Assembly: GCA_018267955.1 (NCBI GenBank) | Contig: JAFDXL010000009.1 | Coordinates: 366,717 to 398,716, forward strand | DNA length: 32,000 nt | DNA from: Bacteroidota bacterium | GTDB lineage: Bacteria > Bacteroidota > Bacteroidia > Chitinophagales > Chitinophagaceae | Direction: 5' to 3' | Shown: positions 28,898 to 32,000 of the stretch, piece by piece | How the letters are laid out: each line of letters opens with the position of its first letter | How positions within the stretch are numbered: position 1 is the first letter of the stretch | Translations under genes and position numbers: made by a program | Notes under the pieces: generated by a model | The model's input: only the letters and a program-made list of their open reading frames with translations | What the model was told of the DNA's origin: nothing | The model's database searches: none

Positions 28898-29140
28898 TTA
28901 GTGTTCCGACAGGTACAGGTGGTCTTTCTTCTTTACCTGCGTTTCCCCGCCCCACATCAGGTCGCTGTTCAGCGCCAGCGGATAGCCAAGCCTGCCCATC
29001 CTGCTAGAAGCATTGCCGATCAGCTCATCGGGGGTTACATTGTCCATGGCGGCTATCGCCCCATCCATAATGCTGGTATCGGAGGTATAGCTGAAGTAAT
29101 TTTTGATATAAGTGTTCTGGTTCAGGTGCAGGAATATTGC
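28898..29140 (-). pseudogene. GC-rich 3' gene remnant (80 codons plus stop) lacking a start codon
   Basis: The minus-strand frame reads AIFLHLNQNTYIKNYFSYTSDTSIMDGAIAAMDNVTPDELIGNASSRMGRLGYPLALNSDLMWGGETQVKKKDHLYLSEH*. The frame is open back to a TGA at 29186-29188, and the first ATG appears only at codon 40. The block 28961-29020 has 36/60 G+C, against 17/60 at 29461-29520. Confidence 0.5.
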
Positions 29141-29262
29141 AATCTTTATATTGTTTCTTTTTTGCCTGGGCTTTAATTCTACTATTCAGCCTTCACGGCG
29201 TTGGCACCATTCATCGTTCGAATGACTATTTGCCAAGATGTTCGCTATGACAGTTTTTCAAA

Positions 29263-29919
29263 TTATTTGATTTCTACGCAAGAAATAATAAGCTTGTTCC
29301 CATTCTTGATATAATCTATTTCTGTATAAAGAGGCAGCATATATTTTTGATCAACAAGCTGAAAACCTTTGTAAGGTTCCTCATGTGTATATAAATGTTC
29401 TATTCTATTGAGATCGAAGACAAATACCTTTCTTTTATTTTTGTCAATAGAATAATAATCTTCCTTATTAGAGTAGAAATAATCTGCCCGAATAAAAAAA
29501 TAATTCAGATTAACATCCACAAATCTAGCGGTCCCGTTTAGACTATAAATAGTATCTGTTATGGTTCTTTGAGCCCCATTCATTGCTCCAGGGCTGTCAT
29601 CCTCTATTAATCTGCGTAATATAGCATTAGGGTAACGTACAATGTATTGTCCTATGTATTCTTTTCTACTTACACTTCTAAACCGTTCAATTTGGACATT
29701 TCTACCGTTCACGGTGCTATCGGTAAAATAGCTCTTGCTAATAGATCTTACCACATTAAACTTATTCCTATCAATAATTACTGTGATTTTCTTGTAAGCG
29801 GTATCAATTTTAGCCGTCTTATTCGGTTGGATATATTTGGCTTGAAATACAAATATTTTTGCAATCGCATCTTCATTGAACCAACATAAAAAAAACAAAC
29901 ATGCAACAATTAATCTCAT
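29263..29919 (-). CDS. Hypothetical exported protein (218 aa); candidate second or orphan immunity protein
   Basis: Signal-like N-terminus MRLIVACLFFLCWFNEDAIA. It is AT-rich and lies downstream of the toxin-immunity pair. Confidence 0.55.
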   Translation of the reverse strand: MRLIVACLFFLCWFNEDAIAKIFVFQAKYIQPNKTAKIDTAYKKITVIIDRNKFNVVRSISKSYFTDSTVNGRNVQIERFRSVSRKEYIGQYIVRYPNAILRRLIEDDSPGAMNGAQRTITDTIYSLNGTARFVDVNLNYFFIRADYFYSNKEDYYSIDKNKRKVFVFDLNRIEHLYTHEEPYKGFQLVDQKYMLPLYTEIDYIKNGNKLIISCVEIK

Positions 29920-30033
29920 AATATTTTTTTTACTATAACGTAGCCTACATACAAACCTTCACTCTACTGTAACGTCTACTGCGTCTTAACATCGAACTTT
30001 GTCGATCATTAACATTTCGGGTACACCATCCTA

Positions 30034-30474
30034 CTAGTTATTATAATTAGTATACAACTCATATTCAGCTATAACCGTATCAGGTAAATATTTACCCGTA
30101 TAATCGAACCCTAACCGGATGTACGCTTCTTCCAAATGATTGCTTTCGTCGTATCCTTTATGTATGGGAATGATGATATTTTCTAACTTTCTTATACCTC
30201 TTAAAGTGTCGTATAGTATTTCCCATTTTCTTTGAGAGGGAGTTCCATATTTTTCAAAAAGATCGTGAGCTCTATTTATATCTGATTTCACAATAAATTT
30301 CCATTTAAAATTATATAAATCGGAATCTAACAAAGCATATGCTGCTTTATCATCATTCATGTTTATATACTTAACAAAACGTTGAGCTGTTGCTATTTTG
30401 TTATCCGCGTTACGTTTAAAAGCACAGCTCGCAAATAAAACCGCGATACTAAAAAATAAGATTTTCCTTTTCAT
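30034..30474 (-). CDS. Lipoprotein (146 aa); candidate cognate immunity protein
   Basis: Lipobox VLFASC. The start lies 10 nt after the toxin stop on the same strand, and the gene shares the toxin's AT-rich composition. Confidence 0.6.
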   Translation of the reverse strand: MKRKILFFSIAVLFASCAFKRNADNKIATAQRFVKYINMNDDKAAYALLDSDLYNFKWKFIVKSDINRAHDLFEKYGTPSQRKWEILYDTLRGIRKLENIIIPIHKGYDESNHLEEAYIRLGFDYTGKYLPDTVIAEYELYTNYNN

Positions 30475-30484
30475 TTAGAATATT

Positions 30485-32000
30485 TTACTTGGTATTGTTA
30501 TGCCAGTCACCACTATTCCACCAGCCACCTTTACCGCCACTAGCTTTATTGACATTCGAAATATCTCTATACTTATCCACCATTTCAGGTTGTGTTTTAA
30601 TACCATTTTTAGATCCTAATTTAAATGCTGTTTCCATTAAGTTAATTAGATATCCAGTTTGCTGTTCAATGACCTGATTTGATTTACCTTTAATATTTAC
30701 ACTTGGCAAAGTGCCATCCATGAGCAAATTAATTAAGTCTGCTTTTCCTTTTCCGCTGGAAAATATACTTGGCAACCCATTTGCATTATTCACGATTTTT
30801 GTCGCTCTATAAAAAGCTCGTCTATCCCTCCCTTCTTTGGCACTTGCATTCCATAAACCTTTATTATATTGATTAAGAATGACATATTTGCCTGCATCAA
30901 CACTTCCTCCAATTGCATCGGCGGCTTCATATCTGCCTAGCGATTTAGAACCAGAAACAATTCCTTTTGAAGAACTTGTTGCTTCTGGAGAGGCATCATC
31001 GGCTTGTGCAGGATCTAACCATTCAGGAATTCCAGGCCTACCATCAATGTATTCACCATTATAATCCGAACCATTAATACCTACAGGAGCGCCTAAACTA
31101 TAGCCGACATGACCTCGGCTATCTAATAGTTCTACAGGAATATTACTTTGAATGGTTTGAACCGTATAAAAGTCGGTAGACGGTTTTATTTTTGCAGATC
31201 CTGTATATTTCATTTGATACATAGCGCTATTAATAGGTAATAATTCCAGTCCCTCCAAGTCAATTCCTATTATCGGATTTTCTTGTGCAAATCCATAGGG
31301 AGTGTATGCCGGATACTTAACAGATAATGGATCTCTAGTATTAAACCTTGCTATCCTATCGTCATACTCCCTAAACCCATAATCCTGGAAGTTTCCAATC
31401 CCAGCAATCTCATTATCCTTCTCTTTGCCGTTGAACCCGAATCGGTACCCATCCCTCGGCACATCGCAGAGCGTATACGTGCTATAGACATAGCGTATTA
31501 ATCCTATATCAGTCACCGGTGGAATGTGTATCCTCGGGCTGCCGCCACCTGTAGCCTTCATATTCATCTGCCCGCTGCTGCTGGTGGGCGTAAAGCTGAT
31601 ATTATAAGTGCCGGTACTCGGTATCGATACACTGCCTATCTGGTTCCAGCCGCCCGAGCCGTCCGGCTCCACGATCTCCGCCATCCAGCTGCCTGCAAGG
31701 TCATCTATCGTTAAGGTAACCGTATAGCTCACATCCGTCTGCGGCAATACATAGGTACTGCTGCTGCCGATACCCGCGCCGCTACCCGTAATAGTAAGCG
31801 CATTGCCCGTTTCCGTAGTATTGGTGCTGAGGCTGGCGCCACCTATGGCCGTAGTGTTCTGTGTACTGCCCGATATCCTGAAACCTCCGCTGCCTGCCCC
31901 ACCCGTAGGATCGTTCAGCAATAAGCCGGGTTTAACTTGCAGCCGGTCTATCACCTGTGTGATGGTCACGCAGTTCTGCCCCGTGCTGTCTTCCACATAC
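30485..32000 (-). CDS. Polymorphic toxin, 3' part (partial; continues beyond the window): RHS-type core motif plus unrecognised ~250-aa C-terminal domain
   Basis: Core sequence DGYRFGFNGKEKDNEIAGIGNFQDYGFREYDDRIARFNTRDPLSVKYPAYTPYGFAQENPIIGIDLEGLE (nt 31244-31453). The frame is open to the window edge, so the GTG 'start' at 31996 is an ORF-track artefact. Confidence 0.85.
   Translation of the reverse strand, partial: YVEDSTGQNCVTITQVIDRLQVKPGLLLNDPTGGAGSGGFRISGSTQNTTAIGGASLSTNTTETGNALTITGSGAGIGSSSTYVLPQTDVSYTVTLTIDDLAGSWMAEIVEPDGSGGWNQIGSVSIPSTGTYNISFTPTSSSGQMNMKATGGGSPRIHIPPVTDIGLIRYVYSTYTLCDVPRDGYRFGFNGKEKDNEIAGIGNFQDYGFREYDDRIARFNTRDPLSVKYPAYTPYGFAQENPIIGIDLEGLELLPINSAMYQMKYTGSAKIKPSTDFYTVQTIQSNIPVELLDSRGHVGYSLGAPVGINGSDYNGEYIDGRPGIPEWLDPAQADDASPEATSSSKGIVSGSKSLGRYEAADAIGGSVDAGKYVILNQYNKGLWNASAKEGRDRRAFYRATKIVNNANGLPSIFSSGKGKADLINLLMDGTLPSVNIKGKSNQVIEQQTGYLINLMETAFKLGSKNGIKTQPEMVDKYRDISNVNKASGGKGGWWNSGDWHNNTK

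Noticed and set aside
28841-29176. 111-aa plus-strand ORF between the T9SS protein and the 218-aa gene
   Set aside because: It overlaps the start of the T9SS gene. It is better explained as the antisense shadow of the GC-rich minus-strand gene remnant, whose translation looks protein-like.

Overview
The window looks like a Bacteroidota chromosome segment. Supporting signs are TAnnTTTG-type -7 boxes, a T9SS C-terminal sorting domain, an RteC-like/Xis/tyrosine-integrase module, and the Bacteroidota-style RHS core motif. It has three parts. (1) 1-13.6 kb is backbone: a secreted hypothetical protein, a TolC-MFP-RND efflux operon with a small trailing gene, an MBL-fold/rhodanese fusion, a Crp/Fnr regulator, katG and a GNAT acetyltransferase. 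A CRP-type palindrome CGTGA-N6-TCACG occurs in two promoter regions beside the Crp/Fnr gene. A 10-bp-phased GTTAGCA array sits in a 530-bp non-coding gap. (2) About 13.65-26.3 kb is an AT-rich integrative island inserted next to tRNA-Arg(UCU). It carries a tyrosine integrase and one tightly coupled five-gene minus-strand operon: hsdR-hsdM-hsdS, then an ABC-type ATPase, then an HNH nuclease. It also has an Xis-HTH, small ORFs and an RteC-like module. The ATPase+HNH pair resembles Septu (PtuA/PtuB) and is welded onto a type I R-M system whose HsdS has an unexplained ~200-aa C-terminal extension. I consider this the best candidate for a novel or poorly described defence arrangement. (3) 26.3-32 kb holds a structured GC-rich intergenic element, an EGF-like lipoprotein and a T9SS-CTD secreted protein. 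It ends with a polymorphic-toxin locus: an RHS-type core, an AT-rich unrecognised C-terminal toxin domain, two exported candidate immunity proteins and a GC-rich truncated gene remnant. All calls rest on reading the ORF translations and the sequence by eye; no database search was possible.
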